Assembly (NCBI GenBank): GCA_009914755.4
Contig: CP068257.2
Location: forward strand, 38,784,001 to 38,848,000
Direction: 5' to 3'
Source: the human T2T-CHM13v2.0 reference genome, Homo sapiens
Length of the DNA: 64,000 bases
Shown one piece after another: positions 29,937 through 45,470 of the stretch. Made by a program: the position numbers and the translations under genes. Within the stretch, counting starts at the first letter, position 1. Each line of letters starts with the position of its first letter. The notes beneath the pieces were generated by a model that worked only from the letters and a program-made list of their open reading frames with translations, had not been told where the DNA came from and did no database searches.

Positions 29937-30060
29937 AAATTATCACAACAGAAGTTTAATCTCTTACAGTTATTGAGGCTACAACTCCAAAACAGAACCA
30001 AGGTTTGGGTTACATAAAGGAATGCTGGGATCAAAAAAGATAATGATGTAGCTGAGATTA

Positions 30061-30520
<460 letters not shown>

Positions 30521-31978
30521 CTCTTCCTTGTTCATTTCATAAACTTAAAAACAAAAATACAGCTTTTTTTCTGTTTTAGTATAATTCTAAAGAATATATT
30601 TACTTCCAATCTTATAGTTTCTAATCCACCTTCAGCATGTATATACACACACACATGCATGTGTATCCATAAACATATATAAACATACACATGTTAACTA
30701 TATATGTTATATATGTGAACATGAATAAACTATGTATATATGGATATCTATCTATATATAATATCCTTTTGTAGGGGGCAGAATAAAGGACAATGAAGCT
30801 AAACTTTTCAGTAAATTTCACTTTGCTTGCTGGTCAATCAAGAGCTTCTCCAAATCTCATGTTTGATTGTTAAATTTGCACCTGTGAACACACATGGATT
30901 GGGGTCAGAGGGTGTGGCTGGCCCCATACTACTCCATTGGTAGCACTGGAAGAAAAGACCGACTCTGGACTGTATCCAGCAAAGCCAGGCACAATTGTCA
31001 GGGGCTTGTGCCCTGGGGCTAGCTAAGCAGGAGGCAGACTTCCTAAACTAGCCTGACTGCTGTCACAGTTAACAGAAGCTGCATAGATGGGTCTGCCTAC
31101 AATGGTCACAAATGTTGTCACTTTACAAGATCCATGGACAGTTTGTTGGAAAACCTGTGCTGCTTCCTTTTCTCTCCATTTGTCCTTTCATTGGCCATTC
31201 AGTAATTTGGCGAGGTGGTCTATGGGCATTTTCACGAGTGGACGTTGCCTGCTGTGGGAACAGTTCACGGCATCTATGTGTCTATACTACTATGCATCTG
31301 TGACTACTTTCAGAAATAGGAAATTTGTCATCTCGTTATACATTCTAAATTGTTAAAGGTTCATAATGTAAATGGCAATATTAAAGTTGTCAAAGGCCAC
31401 ATTTCACTATTTATTTTGTTTTTAGATGTCAATGTCATAAAAGATAAGTGTTCTAGAGAGTACTATGACATGAGAGATGAAGAAAAGTACAAGATACTTT
31501 CCCAGAGGCATAACTCAAAGGGCTGGAGCCTAGGAAAGAGGCCCAGCAAGCTTTGTTGTGTGCTTCCTAGGAGCACCAGCTAGTGACCACAGCAAACATG
31601 ACAATGGGAATGGTGTCATTTGGGCTGGGGGGTTGGAGCAGCACACACAGGACAATGTCCACAGTCATTCTCCTCAGTCAAGCCCAAACCGTCATCTTGG
31701 CTCACATTTGCTCTTTCTTCATTGGTACTTGGCTAACACTTTGAAAAAAAAATCTAGTGTGCAAGGGTACTATCCCTATTTGTGGGAATACTTATTACAG
31801 GGGGTATAATAAGCAGCTCCCTAGGTGTCAGCCCCGGGACCTGATGCTGTCAGCCGTCTGAGATACCAGAAGCTTGAGTGTTCTGATTCCAGGCTCACCA
31901 AGCAACCTTCTGGCCACAGCACTCTCTGCAATGAGCCTTGAAGACAGCGAGCAGGGCATACAGGAGAGGGGCCTAGGT

Positions 31979-32204
31979 GGCCCAGCTGACTGCTGCTCTG
32001 GTCATGGACCTGTCTGTCCCAGCTGACCAGACCACTGTCATTGGAATGGGGCTGTCTGTCCTAGCTGATCACTGTCCTGGGCATGAACCCGTGTGTCCCA
32101 GCTGATCACTGTCCTGGGCATGAACCCGTGTATCCCAGCTGACCATGGCCCTCGGCATGAACCCATGTGTCCCAGCTGACCATGGCCCTGGGCATGGGCC
32201 ATTC
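31979..32204. repeat. 37-bp-period minisatellite, about 6 units, each with a CAGCTG core
   Basis: gtcccagctgatcactgtcctgggcatgaacccgtgt repeated with variants (..gaccatggccctcggcatgaacccatgt.., ..gaccagaccactgtcattggaatggggctgtct..). Confidence 0.85.
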
Positions 32205-32939
32205 ATATACTGACAAACTCAATTGTTCAATAGGTTAATGGGAGCTTTGTTACCATGAACCAGAATTACCAAACCCCCTCCAATCTGGGTCAGTATCAGG
32301 ATCGTTTTTCAGAGTCTAGAAGGCTAAGGTCAGACCTCAAGTAGAAGAGATTTGCCAAACACAATGCCCACCTGCAGTCAACATTCAGAATCCCTGGCCT
32401 TCCCTCTGTGAATGAAACCTCAGCTCCCTTATTGCTACCCACTTTGCAGCACTTTATGCAAAATCTCTACAGCACAGTAAACACAGGGAAAGAGTTAGGG
32501 AGAGGATAAGCTGCCCCATTGGCTTTGTCATTGGAAGAATGCTGCAGATTCTCATCCTGATGCATCAAACCAAACCAGACACAAGCTAGGGAGGCTATGC
32601 TCACGGCTGCCTGCCGCATGTGGCCTGGTGCTGCTATGTCTTCCTGTGAGCTTTGATTGAAGATGTCATCCAGTTGAGGTCAGTTAAGTATTGTGTTCTG
32701 GATGAATATCAGCACTGAGGCAGAAAGCCCCATTTTTTTAAAGGGAATTTCCCAAATGATACTGATTAATCAGCTGAATTTTGATCCTAAATTCTTCCAG
32801 ACCTTGACCCATTATACTTTGTGCTACACTGTATCATCTTCGCTCTGGGAGAGCTCCATCTTTCTTGTCTGTCCTCACAGTCCAGGTCCAGTCTGATCTA
32901 CTATGAAGGGGAATCTGCCTTTAAGTTTCTGAAATTTAG

Positions 32940-33466
<527 letters not shown>

Positions 33467-33554
33467 TAAACGAGAAGGCAGAACTATCTCCAAACAGGAT
33501 ATGCAAATTTACTAATTCCCTCTAGAGCAAATATCCATATTTAGTGTCGTGGGG

Positions 33555-33625
33555 CTGTGTGTTTCAGCTGGCCGCTGCCCTGGGCATAGGCATGTTGTGT
33601 CCCAGCTGACCACTGACATGATATC
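33555..33625. repeat. Second short array (about 1.7 units) of the same 37-bp minisatellite family
   Basis: gtgtttcagctggccgctgccctgggcataggcatgttgtgtcccagctgaccactgacatg resembles the 31979-32204 unit. Confidence 0.7.
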
Positions 33626-33655
33626 GTTCTACTTCCTTTATCATACAGCGACCTA

Positions 33656-33682
33656 ATACACACACACACACACACACACACC
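33656..33682. repeat. (CA)n microsatellite
   Basis: atacacacacacacacacacacacaccattt. Confidence 0.9.
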
Positions 33683-34042
33683 ATTTCATGTGACTCCTTT
33701 CATTTAGGAATATAAAATATAATGAAAGTTGCATTAGTGTATGAAAACTTTGCATTTTAGGTACTTTTTCAAGCATCACTGTAACCCCTTGCAGCATGGC
33801 ACTTTTGACAGCCCCCACATGGCTACTGAGTACATACTGTATAGGAGGCTCTGAGCTTGCTAGGCAAGGGAGATGAACTGGCAACAAGACATAATCTTTG
33901 CTCTCCCATGGTGCTTAAAGTTGTATCCAAATTTTCAATGTTATTATATGGCACCAACAAAATATAATAATGTTTTTCATTGCAAACACAACTGCAGATT
34001 TCCAATTTTTTGCAAAATGTCTTTTGCAAAATATAATTTTAA

Positions 34043-34391
<349 letters not shown>

Positions 34392-34424
34392 TGCATCAAG
34401 TTTTAAAGTGTGAACTGTGGACCC

Positions 34425-34610
34425 AGATAGCCTGGGCTCCCAGCTCAGGGCTGCCACTTGTAGTTTGGAAAGTTGTTAAACGCCCTTGTACTTCAGGTCC
34501 TTATAATGTCAGTAGAGAATTAAATGAGTTAATACAAACAAACAGCACCTGGCTTACTGCCTGGCACACAGTAAGTACTCATTAAGTGCTGGCTATTATT
34601 AAGTACTCCA
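34425..34610 (+). mobile_element. MIR SINE fragment
   Basis: ...ggtccttataatgtcagtagagaattaaatgagttaatacaaacaaacagcacctggcttactgcctggcacacagtaagtactcattaagtgctggctattatta matches the MIR 3' half (..gaggattaaatgagttaatacatgtaaagcgcttagaacagtgcctggcacatagtaagcgctcaataaatg..). Confidence 0.7.
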
Positions 34611-36025
34611 GAATATGTTACTTATTTTACTTATTTGATAAACACTTTCTGGATTTTTTCTATGCTGGGCGCTATTCCAGATGGTGAGATGCAAAATATA
34701 ATAAGACATGACCTCTTTCCTTAATGCAATTTTGGGTCATAGGAATTAAAGTTACTAATATCTCCTTAAAAATGACCAAGAAAAGAGCCTTCAGAGCAAC
34801 TCTATTAAAAGTCATTAAGACCTTGTGTAAAATACAAATGAACAAAAAATAATTTTTCCTAATATCCAGTAATCTGAAGAGTACCCTCACACACATAGAG
34901 GGGGCTGGTCGCTGCTTGTCACCTCTTGCTAAAATCCAGCACTCTGCACATTGCATTTGATGGAGAATTAATCTTCATACCTTCACTCACAGCCTAGCTC
35001 AGTGCTATTTTAGGTACAGTTTTAGCAACACAATGTTTTCTACAAGTTGATGTAGAGACAGCTGTGATGGTTAATACTGAGTGTCAACTTGATTGGATTG
35101 AAGGATACAAAGTATTGATCCTGGGTGTGTCTGTGAGGGTGTTGACAAAGGAGATTAACATTTGAGGCAGTGGGCTGCGGAAGGCAGACCCACCCTTAAT
35201 TTGTTGGGCACAATCTAATCAGCTGCCAGCAAATATTAAGCAGGCAGAAAAACATGAAAACAAGGACTGGCCTAGCCTCTCAGCTTACATCTTTCTCCCT
35301 GGCTGGATGCTTCCTGCTCTCGAACATTAGACTCCAAGCTCTTCAGTTTTGGGACTCGAACTGGCTCTCCTTGCTCCTCAGCTTGCAGACAGCCTCTTGT
35401 GAGATCCTATGATTGTGTAAGTTAATACGTAATAAACTCCCCTATATATATACACACATATCTATCCTATTAGTTCTGTCCTCTAGAGAACCCCAATTAA
35501 TACAACAGTGAAGAGTGGTTTTCAGGGCCCTGGCTCTACCGCTGGACTCCTGTCTATCTTCCTCCTGTGTAGCTTTACTGCCGGCTTCGCCTCTTTGGGC
35601 CTCATTGTCACAATCTGTAAACAGAGGTTTTGGGAAAGTCAAATGAGATACCGTGTGCGACGCACTTGGGGCAGAACACACAGCACGTGCTTCACACATC
35701 TTTACCGGCATTCTTCTTCTCTAGCTGTACAACTAGAAGGTGGTAAGGGTGGAGGCAGCAGTGAGAGAGAAGCCGCTACTGAGACAGCTGGAGAGGGAGA
35801 AAAACAACTGCAAAATCTTACAAATGAAAACCAGCAATTCGAAAAGCAAAGCAGTCTGAGAATATGGAGCATCTCTATGTTATACAGAATCTCTGCGAAG
35901 ATAAATAGAACAAAAATAGTTATCCTGCCACATCTTCATTATCTCTCATTTAAAAGGGCTGATGTTATGCAAAGATTTTCAGAAAAACTTCCATCTAAAC
36001 TAATTGAAATCTCATGTAATGGGGT

Positions 36026-37085
<1,060 letters not shown>

Positions 37086-37091
37086 ATTCTT

Positions 37092-37470
37092 CTTCTGATA
37101 GTCAAAAGGCTAAAATCAAGGTGTTGGCAAGGCTGTTTTTTCCAGAGGCTTCAGTGGAGAATCTGTTCCTTGCCTCTTCCACCTTCCAGAGGCTGCGGTG
37201 TTTCTCAGCTCCTGGCCATCACTCAGATCTCCACTTCCTTCCTCACACCACCACCTCCCACTTCGGCCCTCCAGCCTCTGTCTTATGAGGACCCTTGGGG
37301 TTACCTTTAGATGCCACTCAAACACTCTAGGATATCCTCCCCACTTCCAAAGATCCTCAATTTAATCACATCTATAAAGTCCTTTTTCCCACGTAAAGTA
37401 ACATTCACAGGTTCCTAGTGCTTCGGATTCAACATCTTTGGTGAATGGGGCATTATTCAGCCTATCATAT
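37092..37470 (-). mobile_element. MLT1-type MaLR LTR (minus orientation)
   Basis: tgatagtcaaaaggctaaaatcaaggtgttggcaaggctgttttttccagaggcttcagtggagaatctgttccttgcctcttccaccttccagaggctgcggtg...ctctgtcttatgaggacccttgg...cacatctataaagtcctttttcccacgtaaagtaacattcacaggttcctag follows the reverse complement of the MLT1 consensus (..tgataagtcaaaaggctaaaatcaaggtgtcagcagggctggttccttctggaggctctgagggagaatctgttcc..). Confidence 0.75.
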
Positions 37471-37624
37471 AGGACACAGCTAATTATCTTGCCCTAAAAT
37501 AGATGCCCCTTTTCATCAACGAAGCCAGAAGATGAGCTATGAATAGATATAGTAAAGGAAAAAAGTAGTCAGTGCCCTTCATTTTGACATGCATCAACTT
37601 ACTAAATCTCAAAGCAATTATATG

Positions 37625-37775
37625 GCTTAGGTGAGATAATCTCTGTCATACAGGTGAGGAAACTGAGGCCCAGAGGGTGAAGTCATGTGCCCAGGTTCCA
37701 CGGTAGCTGAGCTGGGTTTGCACCTGGGGAAGTCTGAGCCTGAAACCTACTCTCTTAACCAGGTTGACCCATCGC
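37625..37775 (-). mobile_element. MIR SINE fragment
   Basis: gtcatacaggtgaggaaactgaggcccagagggtgaagtcatgtgcccaggttccacggtagctgagctgggtttgcacctggggaagtctgagcctgaaacctactctcttaaccag matches reverse-complement MIR (ttacagatgaggaaactgaggcacagagaggttaagtaacttgcccaaggtcacacagctagtaagtggcagagccgggattcgaacccagg..ctcttaaccact). Confidence 0.75.
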
Positions 37776-37918
37776 CTCTCGTTTGTTCTTCTTTCCCAGC
37801 TGTGAAAGCCAACATTTCTGCTGTAACCATTTTCTATCTGTTTCAAATTATAAGCAATTTACAGATACAAAAAAAATCAGTCACATTTCTTCTTCATTCA
37901 TTAATATACCTGTCAAAA

Positions 37919-38213
<295 letters not shown>

Positions 38214-38500
38214 GAGCACCTGCAGCAGGCAGGCACCAGCTGCACGGGACCAACACAGAAAGCATGACATCTGCCTGTTCATATGGGCTCCTTCTGCTTT
38301 GACTGGCCCCATCTCCAACCCCTGCACGGGACTGCATTTTTCTTTGAAGATGATTTTCCTATAATTCAATTATTAAGGAATGAAAACAAAAGCTTGGAGA
38401 GAGTTGGATTTGTTCACACTGTTGGCGGATGGCAGAGGTAGGATTTATTTTTTTCTATCTCTCTTCCAGTTTAGGGAAATGGCTAGCAAGAGACTGCACA

Positions 38501-38815
38501 ATGTCACCTGAAGTGGATGACATCACTTGAAATAGGTGACATCATCTGAGGTGGATGTCACCTGAGGTAGATGATATCACCTGAAGTGGATGATGTCACC
38601 TGAGGTAGATGATGTCACCTGAGTTGGATGAGGTCACCTGAGTTGGATGAGGTCACCTGAGGTGATGACATCATCTGAGGTAGAAGATATCACCTGAGCT
38701 GGTTAATGTCACCTGAGGTAGATGATGTTACATGAGGTAGGTGATTTCACCTGAAGTGGACGATGTCATCTGAAGTGGATAATATCACCTGCGTTGGGCG
38801 ATGTCACCTGAGGCA
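38501..38815. repeat. 19-bp-period minisatellite, about 16 units, each unit carrying a CACCTG E-box
   Basis: ...gtcacctgaggtagatgatgtcacctgagttggatgaggtcacctgagttggatgaggtcacctgaggtgatgacatcatctgaggtagaagatatcacctgagctgg...; the units are contiguous with no unique spacers. Confidence 0.9.
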
Positions 38816-40301
38816 GCTGGAGTCCACACCACATGGTTTCACCTGGGAAGGGCCAGTGACTTCCAAGGGGCATCTAGACCGCCTTTCTTCTTCCAAACTG
38901 GGTATTTCATTCTGGCCCTCGCATGGCTGCCTGTCCTAATGCAGTTCCACAACTTTCCTTACCAGCCTTGTCATCACCATTTTCCTTTTAATCATGTTTA
39001 CACACACATGATCACGTGGTGGCAGAGCACACTTATTCTCAAACATTAATGCCACACAAAGTCCACCAGGACAGGATACGTTTAACCCTTTCAGCTTGTA
39101 CAGCCAGAGCAGGTGTGAACACACAACATGGAGGCAGAGAGCAGTGTGCTCATGCCAACACGGAGACGCCAACAACGGCGTCAAACATCAGCAAATGAGA
39201 AATCACACATCACCTTTCCAGTGTCTTAGAGTTAAACAAAACCCTTTCTTGAAAAACAGATTATTTGAATTTAGGCTTAGAATCAAATGGCTGAACTCAA
39301 ACTCTATCTGGACGCTGGCAAGACCATGCACACTACAGGATGGTAGCCACTGTAGGATGGTAGCTCAGCCTGGGGGCTGGGGACACAGGCTGCAGTAATT
39401 GCTTCTCATAATGGTGCATTATGCTAGGAAAACAAGGTGAGCAATTTTCCTAATCAGGCCATCAGGTGGAAATAATTAAACAAAATAATGCAGCAGCACC
39501 TCAATTATAATTGCAAAAAGCAGTCCTGATATGCCCTGTGTATAATGAAGGAAAATAATTTTTGAATTTGTGTAATTATTTGTTATTCTCAATAAACCTA
39601 TATTGATCATTATCAATACAACATGTGTCACAAAAAAACACCCGATTAGACACTAAATCCAGATATTGGGGAGAATGTACAATCACTGATATCTACAAGA
39701 CCCACTTCAGCTATGAATGATTATTTCCTCACAGCCTTGAGAGGTAGCCACAATTAGCCTTGTTTGTTGAGTGGGACAAGTAGGAAACGAAGAAAGAACA
39801 TGGCCCTAGGATGACCTTTTGAGACAGGCCATCCTATCCTGAAAGACCTACATTGTCCCCAACAAGTGCTCTAGAAAGTTTTCCAATAATGGAATCGATC
39901 AGTGATAGACAAATGGTAGGGAGCGGACAAGATCTCTCCTTAGGCAGGAGGTGGCAGAGATTACCCCGGAATCACCCTTTTCCAGTTCTGAAGTCTGGTG
40001 GCTGCGGTGTGAGGTGGCGTGGCACACCAGTGGCCTTGCCCCGCAGCTGCCAAGCGGAATCCTCTTGGCTTAAAGGAAAATCCTGTGAGCCCGCAGCTGC
40101 TCAAAGTGCAGCCTTGTTGCTAGATGATTTATTAAATCCTTGCATTCTTTCAACTTCTCTAATGTTTGTTTGATTTAGTTGGTATTATGCAGCAAACAAA
40201 ACAACAAATTTTATAGTTTTACATTTCAGATTTAAGCCTGGGATCCATTCTGAGTGAATTTTTGTATAATCTTTATGTCAAACCCTGGTGACACAAGTTT
40301 A

Positions 40302-40358
40302 CCTTTATAACAAACCTGAACATGTACCCCTGAACCTAAAAATGAAAGTTTAAAAATT
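40302..40358 (+). mobile_element. Possible tiny L1 3'-terminal fragment
   Basis: ctttataacaaacctgaacatgtacccctgaacctaaaaatgaaagtttaaaaatt resembles old-L1 3' terminus ..catgtaacaaacctgcacatgtacccctgaacctaaaataaaagtt... Confidence 0.45.
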
Positions 40359-42299
40359 AATAAATAATACAAATTTAAAAACTGTATCTACCAAAAAAAA
40401 AAAAAAAAGCTATGAGATTTAGGTGAAGGTTCATTTCTTTGCCTATGCATATCCAATTGCTCTTGTACTGTTTTATGGAAACAAGACTATCATCCCTCCT
40501 TTGAATTGCTTTTGTACCTTTGTCAAAAATCAGCTGAGCATATTTGTGTGGGTCTATTTCTGGGTTCTCTATTCAGTTTCACTGATCTCTATGCCTATCC
40601 CTTTACCTATACAGACAGTTCCTGTCCGATGGTTTGACTTAGGATTTTTGCACTTTACACTGGTGCAAAAGTGATACCCATTCAATAGAAACCATACTTT
40701 GAATTTTGATCTTTTCCCAGGCTAGCGATATGTGATATGATACCCTCTCATGATGCTGAGCAGCAGCAGGGTGCCACAGCTCCCAGTCAGCCATGGAATC
40801 AAGAAAAACAACCATGAGACATTCAACACATTTTACAAGACGGACTTGTTAGATGATTTTGCCCAACTGTAGGCTAATGTGGGCATTCTGAGTGTTTGAG
40901 GTAGGCTAAGTATGATGTTCAATATGTTAGGCATATTAAATGCATTTTCAGCTTAAGATATTTTCAATTTAGGATGAGTTTATCAGGACATAACCCCATC
41001 ATAAGTCAGGGAGCATCTGTACTGTGGAATATTTTTAACATACTTTTGTGCCAATTAAATTAAAGTGTCTCTGTATCAATTGTAGTGATGTATTTCTTCA
41101 TCTAAAAATAGTTTTATAATTCAGAAATTACACAAAGATTAATATGGAAAAATTTCCCCCTGAGATGGTTAGTTTACACAAATTACACTTGAACAGTATT
41201 TTCGGGTTTAAGTTGCCCCATCATAGTCCTCTGGGGGAAGAACCTAGAACTTCTCAAAACAAGGCTGAGCTGAATTCTCTCTGAACAGGAATTCAGCAGC
41301 TCTGGTTCATGCTGGCATCTAGTGGTGTGTGCACATACATTTAGATTAGGAAATCTGGTGCATATTTTTAACAATTAAGATAGATTCTTAACTCTCCACT
41401 GAGTTTGTCTCTTATTGACCCAGATGACAGAAAACAGACAACAGGGGTCTCACCTGAGACTTGTTTGGCAGAACACCAGTTCTGTGGGATATGATGAGGG
41501 GTGTCAGGAACAGCTACAAAGCTTGAAGGACTCGCCAAGTGAAACTAGGCCGCCCTCGTTAAAAAATGGTTAAGAATTTCAAGACGAAAACAGCAGCGCA
41601 TTAAGTCAAGCACTGGGTCCTTCTAAGAGCACAGTCTTTTGGGATGATAGAGTTCCTGCATGCATGAAGCCAGCTTGGAAGCCTGTTTCTTGCTGAAACA
41701 ATTTATAGAATTTAGATTTTATTACCTCAGTACCCTCCAGGGTGTTTAATAAGTTATTGTAAATTTTGGGTTTCTGGGAAGGGCATATACTGTTTTCCAA
41801 AAGGATTTGGTTCTGCATGTGAGTTATGGCCTCTTTTTGGGAAATAGTGTGTTACACTTACTGCAGATATGCCACATACCTATAATCAGATGTGGTGGCT
41901 GAAAACACAGGAAGTAGATTACATTTGGCTGAAAAGGTAGGAATTCACTTTCAGGATTCCTGAAAAGGATCAAAATCAGGAATGTGAAATTAAATGATTA
42001 TTTTGATGGATGACCTACAGGCGGCTTTCTTCAGAAGGGGTGTAGACAGGCTCTGTGACATGTTCACTGTTTGGGTCACATTCAGGACCATTTTCAAGCA
42101 AGGGGAGACTTGCTGTGGGAATTGCCACTCTAAGAATCACAAGGGGGATTCAAGAAACTAAGCTCGGGGCTCCACCAAGGTGTCCACAGAGTCACAGAGG
42201 CAATACTACTACTAATAATAGTAATAACAATAGCCAAGCTTCACCAAGCACCAACCATGGGAGAAGTATGAAGATTCCCATGAGCAATTACATAATCTT

Positions 42300-42410
42300 A
42301 GTGAAAACCCTGTGAGACCAGCTTTATGATTATCTCTATTTTGCAAGGGAGGCATTGAGGAACAGAGAGGTTAAATAACTTACTCAAGTTCACAGACCTT
42401 AAAAGAAGAG
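42300..42410 (-). mobile_element. MIR SINE fragment
   Basis: ctgtgagaccagctttatgattatctctattttgcaagggaggcattgaggaacagagaggttaaataacttactcaagttcacagacc matches reverse-complement MIR core (ccccattttacagatgaggaaactgaggcacagagaggttaagtaacttgcccaaggtcacacagc). Confidence 0.7.
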
Positions 42411-42711
<301 letters not shown>

Positions 42712-43913
42712 AAAGAAGAAGAGCCAGAACTGGGGCACTGGCAGTCAGGCCCTTGAGGCCAAGCTCTCAGATTTGGCTTGCAGCAATGTTCATCTCATAG
42801 CCTCACAGGTCTCAGTCTGACCCTATGTCCTACCCTGTATTGACCTTGAAGCTGCCTTCTTGCTCGCCACCAGGTGTATGCTGACACCAACACCTGATTA
42901 AAATGAAGTTTCTGGCAGTAGCAGCAGACCCAGGACCAGGAGTCTGGGGACACAGCATCGAGTCTGTATTCTGCCATAGACTGTGTGACCTTGAGGATGC
43001 CACTTGTCATTGAGCTTAAAATGAAGGAGATGAGATAATTTTTGAGACCCTTTTCAACCCTAAGATCTGGTATCCTAATTTAATGATCACACTCAATAAA
43101 ATAGAGCTTGTGATATTGTCCAAAGTAAAACAATTCTAGAATATAAACTCCATAGATGCAACGATCATGTGTTATGTTAATCTTGGTATCTTGGAGGTCT
43201 AGAACAGTTCCTGATATACAGTAGGCTTTCAAACAATGATTGGGTTGATGAATGAATGAATGAGTGGTAAGTGAAGGAGTTAAATAAATGAGAAAGTGCA
43301 ATAATCCGACATAAAGCAAATGAACATTATACACTTTTGTAAGCCTCACAAACCATGGCACCAAATTGAATCTTGCAATCATAGCACGGCCTTGGCCAAC
43401 CTCAAGGTCCAAGGTCTCATCAACATTTAGTTGTTGGACCTATCATTGCTGGTAATAGGCACACAGTGTCTCTGAGTAAAAGCTACCATGTTGGCCCGAG
43501 AAAAAGCTTTCTTTTGATGCTAACAACATAAGGAATGAGGACTGATTGAGATAATTTATTTTTGCTCTCCAAAATGAGGGTGTCTTCTGGCACCTTTTGA
43601 AAAACAGCAGACCTTTCATCTCTCACGAGGCACTGTAACATACATGCTGAGAGCTTGGTTCCTGGAGTTGGATTCACAGATTTCACCCCTACACACTCTA
43701 GGGGATGCCAAGCACACTGCCAATATCGACATCTTAGATTTATAAATTTTACAATTTTTTTTTTCTGGAAGGTAGCCATAGAGTGGCATGTTCTTAAAAA
43801 ACCAGTATATTTCAATAATTTTTCAGCAGATGAAAGTGAGGTATCATAAAGTAGAAGTACCCTTTTCTATTGCACCATTGTCATAGGTGCAAGCAACATC
43901 CCTGTTTACCACC

Positions 43914-44100
43914 CATTAGCTGTGCATATTTAGGCAAATTGCTGAACCTCTCTGGGTCCTAGTTTACTCATTTCCAAAATGGGAATATTAATATTACCTC
44001 CTGTATCATGGAGCTGTTGTGAGGATTAAGGGAGAAACTAGACACAAAACAGCTATGATAGGTCTTGCAAATAGTACTCAATAAATTAGTTAATATTAGT
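43914..44100 (+). mobile_element. MIR SINE
   Basis: cattagctgtgcatatttaggcaaattgctgaacctctctgggtcctagtttactcatttccaaaatgggaatattaatattacctcctgtatcatggagctgttgtgaggattaagggagaaactagacacaaaacagctatgataggtcttgcaaatagtactcaataaattagttaatatt matches MIR consensus (ttactagctgtgtgaccttgggcaagttacttaacctctctgtgcctcagtttcctcatctgtaaaatggggataataatagtacctacctcatagggttgttgtgaggattaaatgag..). Confidence 0.8.
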
Positions 44101-45070
44101 TCCACAACATATACACAGGCAAAACAGAATCAGAACTTAAATCACTTTTAAAAGATCCCTGTGCAAAAATGTTATTCCAGTGCAGATCAGGCCTGGATCC
44201 CACTGTTCAGTTATTAATACAGTGGAACTGGAGTGAAGTCAGAAAGTCAAGTTAAAGGTAGAACAGATTTAAGTGAAACATAGTTCTATAAAGGTAGGAC
44301 TAGCAACACTTCAGATGTTTGAACAGAAAGAATTCAGCACTGAGTACTTAGGAAGCATGTATTCGGAACCTCAGACAGAAGTGGCTGAGATCTGAGTCCC
44401 ATGCACACATTGGAGCTGCCTAGCCATGCTAAAGCCCAATGCTTCCTTCTGTATTAGTCTGCTTTTACAATGCTGATAAAGACATACTCAAGACTGGGAA
44501 GAAAAAGAGATTTAATTTACTCACAGTTCCACGTGGCTGGGGAGCCCTCACAGTTATGATGGCAGGCAAGGAGGAGCAAGTCATGTCTTACATGGATGGC
44601 AGCAGGCAAAGAGAGCTTGTGCAGGGAAACACCCCCTTACAAAACCATCAGATCTCATGAGACTTATTCACTATCACAAGATCACGAGAACAGCATGGAA
44701 AAGACCTGCCCCCATAATTAAATTACCTCCCACCAGGTCCCTCCCACAACACATGGGAATTCAAGATGAAATTTGGGTGTGAATATAGCCAAACCATATC
44801 ACCTTCTGGACCCCTTCCCAATGCTCTGTGCCTCAGTCCAAATCAGGGAGGATCAATGTCCTCAACAATTTACAGTATTTACAAAAAAGTATTTTGTGAC
44901 TGTAAAGCAACCTGGGGTCTTCTGAATGAGTTGTAGGAACATGTATCTGCACATTAATGATGTCAGTGGCCATGGTGAGATAGCATTTGGGTGATCAGCA
45001 TCCATGATGCTAGCCCTTTGAACATCTGACTCATTGTTCAACCTAGTGGCAGTTCTCCAGAGAGACACAT

Positions 45071-45470
45071 GGAAGGAGACAGTATAGAAGAAGGGTAATC
45101 ACAAATGTTAAAGGCTCCAAAGTCCAAAGGCTCAGGCCTGAGTCTTGGCTGTGTGTGACACTGAGCAACACAGCCTCAGGGCTACCCCATATGGCAGGAC
45201 CTATACCACATGAGGTTGCTGAGTGGATGGAATGAGTTGACATGTGGAAACTGAACAGCACTTACAGACACGGAAAGAGACAGTATAGAAGAAGGGTAAT
45301 CACAAATGTTAAAGACTCCGAAGTCCAAAGGCCCAGGTCTGAGTCTTGGCTGTGTGTGACACTGAGCAACGTAGCCTCAGGGCTACCCCATATGACAGGA
45401 CCTATACCACATGAGGTTGCTGAGTGGATGGAATGAGTTGACATATGTAAATTGAACAGCACTTACAGTG
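45071..45470 (+). repeat. Tandem duplication (2 units of about 201 bp) of a MIR-derived segment
   Basis: ggaaggagacagtatagaagaagggtaatcacaaatgttaaaggctccaaagtccaaaggctcaggcctgagtcttggctgtgtgtgacactgagcaacacagcctcagggctaccccatatggcaggacctataccacatgaggttgctgagtggatggaatgagttgacatgtggaaactgaacagcacttacag, then a near-identical copy from 45273. The two minus-strand ORFs 45043-45261 and 45262-45462 encode near-identical peptides, confirming the duplication. Confidence 0.85.

Noticed and set aside
38501-38815. Possible CRISPR-like array (regular short direct repeats)
   Set aside because: Units are contiguous with no unique spacers, the period (19 bp) is too short for CRISPR, and the surrounding DNA is primate (Alu-rich). 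It is a eukaryotic minisatellite.
39930-40100. Possible additional MLT1-type LTR fragment (minus orientation)
   Set aside because: Only a short motif match (..gaagtctggtggctgcggtg..ccttgccccgcagctgccaagcggaatcctcttggc..) to the MLT1 consensus. This is too weak to call without alignment.
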